Source: the human T2T-CHM13v2.0 reference genome, Homo sapiens
NCBI RefSeq assembly: GCF_009914755.1
Contig: NC_060925.1
Length of the DNA stretch: 64,000 nt
Reading direction: 5' to 3' (one strand)
The notes below the pieces were generated by a model. The model was not told where the DNA came from. It saw only the letters and a list, made by a program, of their open reading frames with translations, and ran no database searches. Within the stretch, counting starts at the first letter, position 1, and each line of letters opens with the position of its first letter. Positions 16,531 to 33,089 of this stretch are shown one piece after another. The translations under genes and the position numbers were made by a program.

Positions 16531-18529
16531 CTGTTATGTTGTTGTTTCTGCGTTTCCCCTGCATGCAAAGCCAGGACTTACTTCCCAGAGTTCATGCCTG
16601 AAGACTCTCAGATCTCCAAAGGCAGCGCAGGAAGGTAGTGCAGGAATGTGGAAAGGCTTGCAGCGTTTGGACGGAGACAGGACCCTGCGCTGGAGTGGGC
16701 GAGGAGGTGGGAAACACCCTCCCGTCATGCTCTTCTCGCTCAGCTTTGGGAGGCTGAGCTTTGACACCTCCTTCCCTCCCTCTCACCCCAGCCTCTGCGG
16801 CCCCCAATTCAGCTGACTCCCATCCAGTCTTCTTCTTTCTTCTCCCACCTCAGGTGCACCTTCCTGGGCCACACCCCCAGCCCCCTCACACTGTGGGAAA
16901 ATCCAGGTATCCAAAATGGCAAGCCAGATTTTCCTGCGGTGGCGTGGCAGCTGCCCCTTGGAAAAGAGGCAGCCCCCTTCAGCTACTGAGAGAAAGCTGT
17001 ACTCCCCAGCAGCTGGTCCCAGCAGGCCCCTCACAGATGCAGGTCCTCCTCCTCACAGTGGCACAGCTCCTTCCATTCCCTCAGCCCCGGGAGCAGGAGA
17101 GACGGAGAGGAGGGGGCAGTGGGCTGGGCCCCAGGATCTTCCCTAAGACATCAAGCCTGACTGGAACACTCATTTCTCTTTGACCTTCTCTTCTGGCCTG
17201 GCCCAACCTACAGACCATGTCACCTCCACACATTTTCCTTTCATAGCTACCCCTCTCCCACCTCTCCAGTCTCTCACCACCCTCTCAGAAAGCTCTCCCT
17301 GGCCCTGGCAGGCATCTGCCTGCTCTAGCAAACCCCACCCCCGCAACTTTCTGGCTGGGGCCAGCCAGGGCCAGTAACCCCCTCCCTGAGCCACGCCTTC
17401 TTAATATAACCCTCTGAAAGAGGAAAGCTAGCTAACAACCCTGTTCTGCTTTGATGAGCTGACCCCGCTTTTTCCAGTCACAAGGGCAGGCTGAGGCCAA
17501 ATTTTCCATCCATGGAGAAAGTCCAGGGTTGGGGGATGGGGGGTGGCCCCATAGGCCAATCCGCCTCCCACTTGCTTGGTTTGAATTAGTGGGTGCCTTA
17601 AAAAGGAGCAAATGCAGCCTGGTTCTCAGAGCTGGGCCAGGCGCAGCTCAGGGAGCCAGGCAGAAAGCCGAGAGGAGAACACATTTCATTTTAATGGGAA
17701 ACAGATTTGAGAGGGGAAAAAATGAGAATGAGAGAGGAATGAAACCCCGGCACTCCCAGGAGAGCAGCTGGAGGTCTGCCTGGTGTGACCTCCCATGACG
17801 ATCCTGCTCACCACCCTCCCGGCCCCACCTCCTGCATGCCACAGTGTTGCACGTCCATGTGCACAGCCCTCTCACTGCCCTGTCCCTCATCGGACCCCCA
17901 CAGTAGCCCTGAGCGGTAGGCTGAGCAGAGTCACTAGCCCAGCGGATCAACCAGATCCTGTTGTTCAAGGGCAGCGGCACGAGAGAGGAGGGGCACCAGA
18001 GGCCTGAGAATTAGAAACTCAGTGACGGGATCAGGTCTGCAAGAGATTTGCATGTATTTGCCTAAGTTATGCAGCAGCACAGACTCTTTGTCTATATTTA
18101 GATGTAATGAAATAATCGTATTCTTTTAAAAACTGAGATGGGGCTATTTTAAGGCAGCCAAAGATTACCTGTTTATGTATGATGCATGTAAAACTGTATG
18201 GAGAATTACGTGAACACCTATAATCACTCAGGACCCTGGAGAAAATTCTCTTTTCCATTTCCTCCACTAGTGGATTTCTCACCTTGTAAAGTGGGGAAGT
18301 GGGATACCTCCCCATTTGACAAGGCAAGAAAATGCCCCCTATCTCCCCAACAATTAAACCCTAAGGCTATTGTGTTTGCCATTAAGAGAAGCATTGGCCC
18401 CAGTCTAGGGATAAGGGAAATCAGGCAGGGTGCAGGAATACAAGAGAATCATGAGTTTAGTCTGCAAGAAGTGTATTTTCTCCTTTCCCCTTTCTAGTCC
18501 CACATGGAGCTTTCATGATGCCTGCAGGT

Positions 18530-19200
18530 GAGGGCCTTGTGGGTGCCAGGCACTGTATGGGGTGCAAGGGTTTCAGACATGAGTCTGAACATGGCCTCAG
18601 AGTCCTCAAAACAGGTGCGTAAAGTGATCCTATCAGTATAAAATAGTAAGACAGAATTATGTACAGAGGAGGAGTGCTTGGCCTGGGGAGTGGGGGTGGG
18701 AATTCCATGAGTGTTTCCAGGAGAAAAAAAGAAGCAAATGGAGCACAGTCTTGGCAGATGAGTAAGAGTTGGCGGGGTGGTGACAGCACGGAGGCATGGA
18801 AAAGCAAAGCAGGAGACTGTCCTGGAAATTCAGGCAGAGGCCGGTGGGGCAGAGGAGGGCCTTGTGTGTCTGCCAAGGGTTGGCTCACCATCCTGCAGGC
18901 CAAGGCAGCTTTCGGGTGAAGAGTGCTTCGGTCACCTTTAACATGGGTGTTTTGGGCTGCACGGTGGGCTGGAAGGCTGGAGAGAGGTCAGAAAGGAAGC
19001 TGCTGCAAACATCCAGAAGGTGATGATGGTCTGAGCAATGGTACCATTGGGAGGGCAGAGGAGGAGAGAGCAGGATTGAGAAAAATTGGAAAGGGAATCA
19101 ATAGGACCGAGTTAGTAGGTGACTCTAGAGGGCAACCGTAAGGAGGAGGAAAGAGGGGCATGAAGGAATCCAGCAGACTGACATTGTGTTCTCTGTTGGA
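18530..19200 (-). mobile_element. Decayed L2 fragment
   Basis: gtgccaggcactgt at left end; purine-rich L2 antisense texture; gaaggtgatgatggtctgagc. Confidence 0.45.
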
Positions 19201-19449
19201 GAGATCTGGAAGTCAGAGAGGATGAAGCTGTTCAGGAGACAGGAGAAGAGTAAAATCTTTTTTTTTTTAACCTTCCAATGGCCAGATAGAGCTGTTGGGC
19301 AACCCCTCAGCTGAGATGCTCCCCTGATTGGAGACTCCCTAGCTCCAGCTGCTTGCAAGCTCAGGCAACATCCTGCAGCCTCTGGAGGATTTAATTCAAT
19401 TCAACAAATGCTTATTGAACAGTTACTCCACATAGGGAAAGGAGAATCT

Positions 19450-19645
19450 AATGATGATTGAGTACTTAAATTGTGTTCACAGAGTGTTAAGTGCATTTAC
19501 ATGTAATCTCATCTCTAGTCACCATCCCCTCATCCCTGAGAGGCCAAGTCATTACCCTCCAGGGGCCTGAGAGGTCGAGTCATTTGTCCAAGTTTGGGTG
19601 GTAAGTAAGCGGCAGTGCCAGGAGGCAAACCCACAAGTAGTGCCT
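19450..19645 (-). mobile_element. MIR
   Basis: taagtgcatttacatgtaatctc...gagaggtcgagtcatttgtccaag. Confidence 0.55.
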
Positions 19646-19664
19646 TATCACTAAGTCACATTGT

Positions 19665-20478
19665 TACACAATGAAGCCAGGAGGTTGCAAGTGACGAATA
19701 CACTATTTTAAGCAAATCAAGGAATGCATTGGCTTATTTAACTAAAAAGCACATGAGTCAGCTGGCTCCAGGCACAGCTAGATCCAGGAGCTCAAAAGAT
19801 GCTGTCAGTTCTCTCTTGCACTTGCTCATAAATGAGTAAATCCATCTCACTCCCATTTATGTTCATCTTGGCTCATCCATAAGGCAGCATAGCACGCAGA
19901 GCATAGCATGACTGTTTTGGAGTCCCACAGCCTGGGTTCCAATCCGGACTCCACCACCTAACTAGCTGGATGATTTCAGATGAGCTGCTTAACTTCTCAG
20001 TGCCCCTGTTTCCTTGTCTCTAAAATTGATATAATAATATTACCTCTTAGGATTTTTGTGAGGAGTAAATTAGATCGTCCACACAGTGTGCTTGGAGCAG
20101 GGTCTGATACAAAATCCGCACCCCAACATATCAGCCATTGTTCTTTCCATCTCTGCCTCTTTTGAGGTGGGTCTCATTCTCTCCTATGTTAGATGCCTTC
20201 TTCCGTGTAGCCCAGAGAGATGGCCCCAAGCAACCCCACCTTACATCATCCTTTCAGCCTCTGGTCTCAGGAAAAGAGCTCTTTCTCTGTGTATGGAGGT
20301 AGCATGCCCATCCCTGCAGCCATCTCTGAGGCCAGGGGCTGCATCTTCTGTGCTGCTCTGTGGAGGTGGAGGTGGGGCACCATGACTCACAGCCCCCCGT
20401 GGGTCATATAGAAGTAGAAGAAGGAGGGTTCCTTAAAAGATGGGATGCTGTGAAGACAAAATAACATATGTCCACTGT
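19665..20478 (-). mobile_element. MLT1K-like LTR interrupted by a MIR
   Basis: ggttgcaagtgac...caggcacagctagatccaggagctcaaaagatg; end aaaataacatatgtccact. Confidence 0.5.
19880..20125 (+). mobile_element. MIR
   Basis: ttggagtccc...cctgggttccaatcc...cttaacttctcagtgccc...acctcttaggatttttgtgagga. Confidence 0.75.
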
Positions 20479-20986
20479 TCTGTGCTAGTTGCCGTTATGA
20501 CAGAGTGTGACAAAAAGTGAGTACGGCAGAGTCTCCTCTCCATGAAAACTTATATCAAAGTAGGAAAGACGAGACAAGGACACATTTATCCAGAAGGCAG
20601 ACTGTGACAAACTCCATGAGAGAAGGACTGTTAAGATCCCCTGCAATTTTCAGGAAAGAAAAAAATCACACATGGTTGGGTGAATCAGTAATGAGTTTGA
20701 TGAAGGAGTTTGGCTCCTGGGGATGGTGTCCATTCAGCAAGTACAATAGCGTAGGGGAAGAGGACCTTCTAGTTTGATAGCATAGGGTAGAAAAAGGAAT
20801 CCTGAGCAATGAGGCTGGAAGGCAGAGCTGGCAGCAGCACATGCACAGAAAGCAGGCGGAGGTCAAGGACTGTTAACTCAGGGGACTAGAAAAGAAACAG
20901 CCATACACAGATATTGAATTATCAAGACTGAAGGCAGGGGATGCATGATGTGGAAGAGGCTGTGAGTCAGATGCTGAGGTCATTTA

Positions 20987-21296
<310 letters not shown>

Positions 21297-21435
21297 GAAA
21301 GTTCTGGATTTATGAGCATCATCATTCAGGATGAGGAGAAGCCAGGAAAAGCAGATGGCCAGATGGCCAGATGGCAAAGATTTTAAAGAAAAATCTTAAT
21401 TCTTAATCCCCAGTGCCCTCCAGAGACTTCTTTAA

Positions 21436-21797
<362 letters not shown>

Positions 21798-22524
21798 TAA
21801 TCTAATTCAAGAGAAGTTAGCTTTCTAGAAGTAATTTTATATCTGTGATAGGTGTGCAATCATTCATTCATTTATACACTCATTTAACATTTGTTCAGCA
21901 TTGTGCTGGGCTCTGAGAACACAAATAAACAAGGCTTGGGCCCTGCCCTCAAGGATCTCTCTGTCCGGTGAAGCTAGCACTCTGTTTATACCTGCTGGCC
22001 ACACACCCTATACTGGTGATCTGTTATGTGCTCAGCTCCCCACCAGACTGGGCATTCCATTTTATAAATGTTCATTGACTGATTAATTCTATCTCTAGCC
22101 CCAGTCTCCACTTGGATTGAGAGACTAAATACAACAATTTCATTTCCATTGTGTCTGTTTTGTCCATAGTCCAGAAGTCATGGAGAGCAACAGGGAGAAA
22201 GCTGAGGCTTCTTCATGGGAATAGCTGCCCTTGGAAAGTGCTGGTTCTGTCGGAAGGAAAGTTATGCAGGGAAGGGAAGGGAAAGCATTATCTAAGGCAA
22301 AGCCAATGACAGAGGAGAGTCCAACGGGCCTGTGTAGGGGCAGGGAAAATGTGTGGGCACTGGTAGGGGATAATTGTGCTGGGGACTGAGAGCTCAAAGA
22401 CAGAGACCAGACAAGGGGTTTGTGCTTAAAGCAGTGAGAGGAAGACAGAGGCTGCAGGTGAGCAGCTGGCAATAGGGAAGCAGGGGAGAGAAAGGACTGA
22501 GAGGGAGAATTTTATAGTAGCACA

Positions 22525-22648
22525 CGTGGGAGGATAAAGATGACCAAGAACTCTGACATTCCCTCCATCAAGAAATGGGCTCTATCACCACTCCCATTGA
22601 CTCTGGGCTGGCCTGTGACTGCTTTGGCCAATAGAATATGACAGCAAT
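22525..22648 (+). mobile_element. MLT1F/G/H-like LTR 5' fragment
   Basis: ccatcaagaaatggg...ctgggctggcctgtgactgctttggccaatagaat. Confidence 0.65.
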
Positions 22649-22649
22649 T

Positions 22650-23083
<434 letters not shown>

Positions 23084-23101
23084 TGAGACCCTATCTTTAA
23101 C

Positions 23102-23271
23102 AAAGAAGAAGAAGAAGAAGAAGAAGAAGAAGAAGAAGAAGAAGAAGAAGAAGAAGAAGAAGAAGAAGAAGAAGAGAGGAAGAGGAAGAGGAAGAGGAAG
23201 AAGAAGAAAGAAGGAAGAAGAAGAACAAGAACAAGAACAAGAAAAAGAAGAGGAAGAGGAAGAAGAAGAAA
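23102..23271 (+). repeat. (GAA)23 followed by GAG/GAA/CAA-degenerate purine repeat
   Basis: Pure GAA run 23105-23173 read directly. Confidence 0.97.
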
Positions 23272-23639
23272 TGCTGCCTTTGAGGAGGCTGGCAGCTTTC
23301 TCCTGGGTCTCCTGGAGCATTGAGCAGGTCTATCTTCAACCCTGATCACCTGTAGTCTTGAGTCATGATATTGCCCTTCACCATTGGACTCCCAGCATTG
23401 CTTAGTGCTGAGCCCAAATAGGTTAGCACAGACCCCAGCATTGGTGTACTCTTTCCCTCACCCTTCTGCATTTCCCAAAGCAACTGACCTTTCTGCTGGG
23501 CTAGGCTTTACTTCCCAAACTCCTCCCAGTGGTGATTTTCTTGCATCCTATCTAGTCCTGCACTTGCCCTTGGAATCCCAAGGCAAGTTTAAATGTAGGT
23601 TAAGCTTCTTTTCTCTTTTGATTTTTTTTCTTTCTTTCT

Positions 23640-24020
23640 TGTATTGGTCCGTTCTCACACTGCTACAAAGAAATACCTGAGACTTGGTAATTTATAAAGG
23701 AGAGAGGTTTAATGGACTCACAGTTCCACATGGCTGGGGAGGCCTCAGGAAACTTACAATCATGGTGGAAGGTAAAGGGGAAGCAAGGTTGGACTTTCTC
23801 ACATGACCACAGGAGAGAGTAGTGCAAGGAGAAAAGGGGGAAGAACCCTTATAAAACCATCAGATCTCATGAGAACTCACTCAATATCATGAGAACTGCA
23901 TGGGGGAAACAGTCCCCATGATCCAAACACCTCCCATCAGGTCTCTCCCTAGACATGTGGAGATTATGGGGATTACAATTCAAGATGAGATTTGGGTAGG
24001 GACACAGTCAAACCATATAA
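23640..24020 (-). mobile_element. THE1 (THE1C/D-like) MaLR solo LTR, full length
   Basis: tgtattggtccgttctcacactgct...gagatttgggtagggacacagtcaaaccatat; 5-bp TSD tttct/tttcc. Confidence 0.9.
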
Positions 24021-24021
24021 T

Positions 24022-24074
24022 TTCCCTTCCTTCCTTCCTTCCTTCCTTCCTTCCTTCCTTCCTTCCTTCCTTTC
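24022..24074 (+). repeat. (TTCC)n microsatellite in Alu tail
   Basis: Read directly. Confidence 0.95.
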
Positions 24075-24363
24075 TTTTTTTGACAGAGTCTCGCTGTGTT
24101 GCCCAGGCTGGAGTACAGTAGCATGACCTCAGCTCACTGCAGCCTCAATCTCCCAAGCTCAAGTGATCCTCCAGCCTTAGCCTCCCTAATAGCTGAGACC
24201 ACAGGTGCACACCACCATACCTAGCTAATTTTTTAAATTTTTTTATAGAGATGGAGTCTCCCTATGTTACCTAGGCTGGTCTTGAACTCCTGGGCTCAAG
24301 CAATCCTCCAGCGCTGGCCTCCCAAAGTGTTGAGATTACAGATGTGAGCTACCACACCTGACC
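24071..24363 (-). mobile_element. Alu (J-like)
   Basis: Reverse Alu. Confidence 0.9.
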
Positions 24364-24944
24364 CCATTTGATTTTCTTAGGGTAATCTGAGTCCCTGTCA
24401 TTCTTCTCCCCTACCACCTTAACCCCTCCTTGAACAGGTATCTCCAGTGGGCACCAGCAGGGTCCACTGCATCAGTCCTGGTGCTCATGTTTCTAAGGTG
24501 ACAGTGTGCTCCAGGCTTGCCCTATTTCTTCTATCCCTGAGTCTGATTGCTCCTGAATCCCTTGGATTCCAGTTGTTGCCCCAGTTACTACTGCAGGCCT
24601 TTTATCTTCTGCAAGCTGCTCTCCACTCTTTTTCTCTTGACTCATATTCTGGATCTTCCCAAGAAAGTCCTAATCCCTGGGTGGAGCCCCATGTCATCAG
24701 TGATGAATATTCTGGAAATGGATCAAGGCAAACTGCATGGGATGATTCGAGGAACAAAGGAGAAAACCAAAGGGGGAAGGATGCTGCCACACCCAGCAGT
24801 GTGCCAGGCCCCATCCTCCCCTCAGCCCCCTTCTCCTCCTGGAAGACCAGCCCGACCCAGCAGGCTTCTCAAATGGGGATGGAACCATAACACTCCCTCA
24901 TCATCTTCCGGAATCCAGCTAGGAGCAAGAAGCCACTAAACCCC

Positions 24945-25363
<419 letters not shown>

Positions 25364-25789
25364 CCCATTTTGTTCTTAACGGTACTATTTTTCCATGTTT
25401 GAAAAGGTCATGAATCATGTCTTAGGAAGTCCTCTGGTGATATTTTGAATAGTTTAGAGTGCCAGATTCTGAACTCAGTTGAGATGAATGAAACACAGCT
25501 AATCTTGCTCTAAGGAAATATGCATTCCTGCAGGAAAGGATATGTTAGTTCAGTCTATTAAAAAATTGTTTTATGTAACACCAACTCTGGATAAGATGTA
25601 GATGAGAACCTGCAGAAAATGCAAAATGAAGGGAAACAGGGTCTCATTTTACACTTAGGGTGTAGCAGACGAGAGAAGATACGTACAACTGAGGCTATCG
25701 CCAACAATTAAAGGGCAGAACACAATGCTGAACATGGGTTACAGGGATTAATTGCCAGGAGGGGTTGAGAAGACTAGGATGTATCCAAA

Positions 25790-26640
<851 letters not shown>

Positions 26641-26777
26641 AGAGAAGTAAAGGGACCTTCACTTTGGGGAAAGGGTTGAGGCAGGAACCTCCATGAGGAA
26701 GACAGACCCTGACCCAGTCAACTACCACCTGATCTTTCCCTGCCAAACCCATGTTTCCAATGTCTGTCGGTTTCCAA

Positions 26778-26832
26778 CTCCAGCCTAGATGACAGAGCGA
26801 GACTCTGTCTCAAAACAAAACAAAACAAAAAA
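26778..26832 (+). mobile_element. Alu 3'-terminal fragment (~35 bp plus (AAAAC)n tail)
   Basis: ctccagcctagatgacagagcgagactctgtctc followed by aaaac repeats. Confidence 0.85.
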
Positions 26833-28215
26833 CATAGTGCAGAGCCTGGCACAAAATAATAGCTGTTTTTATTTAGTTGTTTGTCTTGAGGTGAAATTCA
26901 TGGCCCTGGAGGGGACACCCAGCAGTCTGGATCCTCACTGCAGCTTAGACACTGATCTATGGTGTGCCTGGGCCCTGCACCCTTCTCTTCCTGTGCCCCA
27001 GGGCCCATTTCAGTCTCCTCTATTTCCACTCACCCTTGGGATCTGCCTGGGCAGTACCTGCCCTTAGCACCAGATCCCCAAGCTCTATAACCTTGGAGGT
27101 CCTATACATTGAGACTAGGGTGAGAGCTGCTTGACCCTCAAATTACAGCGTCCCCTTCCCCTTCAACTGCTTGCCATCCTCATGTTCTAAAGAAGAAAAC
27201 CTAGCACTGCAAAGCTGGGCTCTTTTCTCCTTAAAATGCCAAAGGAGATGAGCACAGTGGGGGCTCCTGTCTAAATCTCTGTCTCCCCTCTGCAGCACTA
27301 TTTGTGATGGGAATTCTAAAGCAATTTATCACCGTAATGATTGCTGATTCCAGAACGTTATGGTGACTGATGGCCGTGCTAGCTGGAGCTTGTCTTCCCA
27401 GTTTTCTCTTTTACTAAAGAGTAATTGTGCAGAGTTGGTGGTAGATGATGGTGGCTCAGAGATGTGAGGTGAGAGAAGAAAGTCACAGCTCAGCTTGTCA
27501 CCAACACTGGCGCAGGAGGGGCAGAGGGAGGTGTGCAAACTAATAGCTGAGAAGGCTCATAAAGAAAATTCAAACTCTCTGCATTTAGGTGGGTTGTTTG
27601 ATCCCTGACTTTCCCAGTGCCTCTGACATACCCTCTCCAGGCAAAGACATCCCCTACTGAAATGGGGAAAGACATGACAAATGTTAGCTGAGCATTAGAA
27701 GAATGGTAGATCAGGAAGACGCTGTTCTACATCAACCTCATGGACAGACCAAGAGAAAATACAGCTGAGCCACTGCAAGATGGATTAAAGTTGGCTTAAG
27801 AAAGACACTCGTCCAGCTAAGAAGCAGTCCAAGGTGCAACTTATTATTCAAGGAAACACTCCAGACACCTCTTTTGAGTGGAGGAGACCATCCCTGCCAA
27901 TCCCTGGGGAATGGTGTCCGATCGTTTTTGCTTTGCAACTTTCTAGGAAGCTCAGGGTAACATGGAGGCGGGGGAGCTGGGTTAGAACTTCAGGGCCTGT
28001 GTGTCCTCTGAGCATCCTGCCCTTGGGACTGCTGATCAAACTTTGGGGGTCTCCTCACCCCTCCACAGCTCTGGCACGAGTGTGGGATTAAGGGCTGTTG
28101 TGGGTTGAATAGTGTCTCCCCCAAATTTATATCCAACTGGCACCTCAGGCTGTGACTTTATTTGGAAATAAGGTTGCTGCAGGTATAAGTAAGTCTCTCA
28201 AGAATAAATCATCCT

Positions 28216-28529
<314 letters not shown>

Positions 28530-28559
28530 TTAGGGTGGGCATGAAATCCAACAACTGGT

Positions 28560-28876
<317 letters not shown>

Positions 28877-29077
28877 GAACCACTGGTGTTCTTATAAAAA
28901 GAAGAGAAGACACATGGAGGAGAAAGCCATGTGAAGACAGAGGCTGGAATTGGAGTGACACATCTGTAATCCGAGGAATGCCACAGATGGCAGGTGGCAG
29001 CCAGAAGCTCGGAGAGCAGCATGGAACTGACTCTGCCTTAGAGCTTCCAGAAGGAGCCAACCCTGCCAACACTTTGA

Positions 29078-29426
<349 letters not shown>

Positions 29427-29642
29427 ACATTTTGTTACTTTAAGCCCCATGTTTCTGGTAAATTATTACGCCAACTTTAAGAAACTAATATAAGGGAGTT
29501 GGGCAAAGGGGCTGCAGAGAGACCCAGTCTTCTTGGTTGCAGAGAACCCTAACCATATCACCTAGTTCAGTGACCCGAGTGTTACTGTCTCCAGCGCTGC
29601 CCAGGAGAGCATCTTCAGAAGTCAGAGAGTCTATCAATGTCA

Positions 29643-30017
<375 letters not shown>

Positions 30018-31873
30018 TCAGTGGGGACTTCAGTCAGGCCAAGCCCGGGGACTGCCCACCTCCCCTTTGTGACACCACATCTGCTCAGCTCACATCTTCT
30101 GGTCTCAGTTTCCCTGGTACCTTCCCCAGGCTGCCTCCTCAGAGGCTCAGTCAAACAGATGAAGCCCAGACAGGGACCATCCTCTATGGACTCCTCCACT
30201 GCCTCACTTCTCAACCATGGCTACCAGTCACAGAAAACACCCATTGGCCTCTCTAGCCTGGGGGAAGCAGAGAATGGCTAGGTGCAAGGCTTAGAGAGGT
30301 CAAACCAGTGGAAACCAAGATCCCAGCCCTCAAGACAGGGACCTCAGGGAAACCCCCAGTCATGGCACCCATATAGAGAAGACACTCTTTTACCTATTTG
30401 CTTTTTCTTTTCCTTTTGGCTGAGTAGACATTCCAGTAGAGAAGGCATTGTTTTACCCATTGTCCTCATTTCCCACCGTCAAGGCATCTGGGAAATAATC
30501 CCTCCTTTAAAGGGGGTGGATGTGCCTATGTGATGTTCGGGAAGAACATTCAAGAGTAGACAAATGGCCAAATGCCAGGGCCTTTCTAAAGGCCACCTAC
30601 GTGATGCACTACCACTTAGGAACAAGCCGGGGTCTCCTGAGTCATTCTCCCTTCCCCATACGCTCTTCCCCTTGGTTGGACAGTTTGCCCCCCTCATAAT
30701 CAGTTCTTAGCCATTTATTGGGGCATCTTGTACTTATTTCATTCTCAAAGCTGCTTGACTTCTCCCTAGAGCTGGGGCCTGCAGGGCAGCGGGGAACAGC
30801 CCTTGAGACTCATTCTTCTCCTTCCTGCAGAAGAACGGGTGGACTCCCAGCTCTGTCGTCTGCCAGGGGAGCTCAGAGCCAGAGGAGTGGGTGGGCACTG
30901 TCCTCTCTTCCTGGGCATGGGCTGGGTGTGGGGATGTGGAGTCTAACGGAGGGCCTATTCTCCATGTATTGCTGCTGAGGCAGCTGAAGGTGGAGAAAAC
31001 TCCAGGGGAGGAAGAGGTGGGGCAATGACCATGTTGGAGAAGAGCTTTGAGAGACTGAGCAGATAAATGGACTCAAGATAAATGGACTCTCTCTCCCGAG
31101 TCACCATGCATCAGGGCAGCTGATGGGGAGGAGGCAGAGTGACCATACCCTGGAATCTTTGATTTCCTGTGGGTGGAAAGGCAAGTCGAGCTTGACAAAC
31201 TCGTCCTGGGAGGTATGGAGCACGCAGGCATAGGGGGACGGGAAGGGCCACACTCAGGAAGCTAGGGGGCCATGGTCCTGGCAACCATCTGTTTCACTGC
31301 AAATTTTCTGCTTCATGGTCCCTCACCACACCCCCAAGTGTCTGTCAGACTGTATGTCCCAAGCTTACTGCAGGAATGTGGCCACCGAAGCGTGGCTGTC
31401 TTCCTCCCACCCACAGCTGGTCAGAGCCTGAGCGAGACTAGAACTCTGGCCTCTTCACTCCCAGCCCAGCACCCCTTCCTCCACTGACTCATCCAGGAGA
31501 CTGTGAACACAGGGGCCCCACAGCCTCTCAGCTCTCTTCTCCTGCCTGTCTCCTGCTCCCTAAATACATTCAACACCCAGACAGGGAATGGCTGCTCCAA
31601 GAGCCCCCCAAGGTCCCCTTCCCTGGTGTCTGAGTTGTGCCAAGGGCAGGCTGCATGGCCACCACTAAAGTTCCGTTGCAGGACTGGGGTAGCATTAGGG
31701 TTGTTTGGTTTTAAAAATGTATGCAAAAATGTCTTCAGAACCTCCATATTCTCAGGTAAAAGAATTCCAGTGCCCAAGATAAGAGGGACCAGGGAAGGGG
31801 ATGGGTCTAATTAGATCCAGAGGCCTATGCTTTAGAAAAGGGCCAGGGGGCTGTCGAGAATTGCTGGGCATAG

Positions 31874-32183
31874 GGCTGGGCACAGTGGCTCACGCCTGTA
31901 GTCCCAGCACTTTGGGAGGCCGAGGTGCGCAGATCGCTTGAGTCCAGGAGTTTGAGACCAGCCTGGCCAACATGGCGAAACCCTGTCTCTACCAGAAAAA
32001 GAAGAAAAAATGCAAAAATTAGCTGGGCATGATGATGCATGCCTGTGGTCCCAGCTACCAGAGAGGCTGAGGTGGGGACATTACTTGAGCCTTGGAAGTC
32101 TAAGCTGCAGTGAGCCAAGATCTCACCACTGCACTCCAGCCTGTGTGACAGAGCGTGACCCTGTCCCAAGGAAAAAAAAAAAA
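31874..32183 (+). mobile_element. Alu (J-like)
   Basis: Alu dimer; flanked by gaattg(c/a)tgggcat. Confidence 0.9.
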
Positions 32184-32200
32184 GGAATTGATGGGCATAA

Positions 32201-32612
<412 letters not shown>

Positions 32613-32634
32613 TCACTAATTAGTAATAAACATC

Positions 32635-32958
<324 letters not shown>

Positions 32959-33089
32959 CAACGTCTTTATTCCTTAATGAACAGTCTCCGTCATCCACCT
33001 CCGACTTAGTTCAGTCTCCTGCTTTCTAGGAATGGAGCTGTCCCAAGGTTTCGTGGCTGGTGAGGGGAGGAGAGACACCCACTCCTTGC

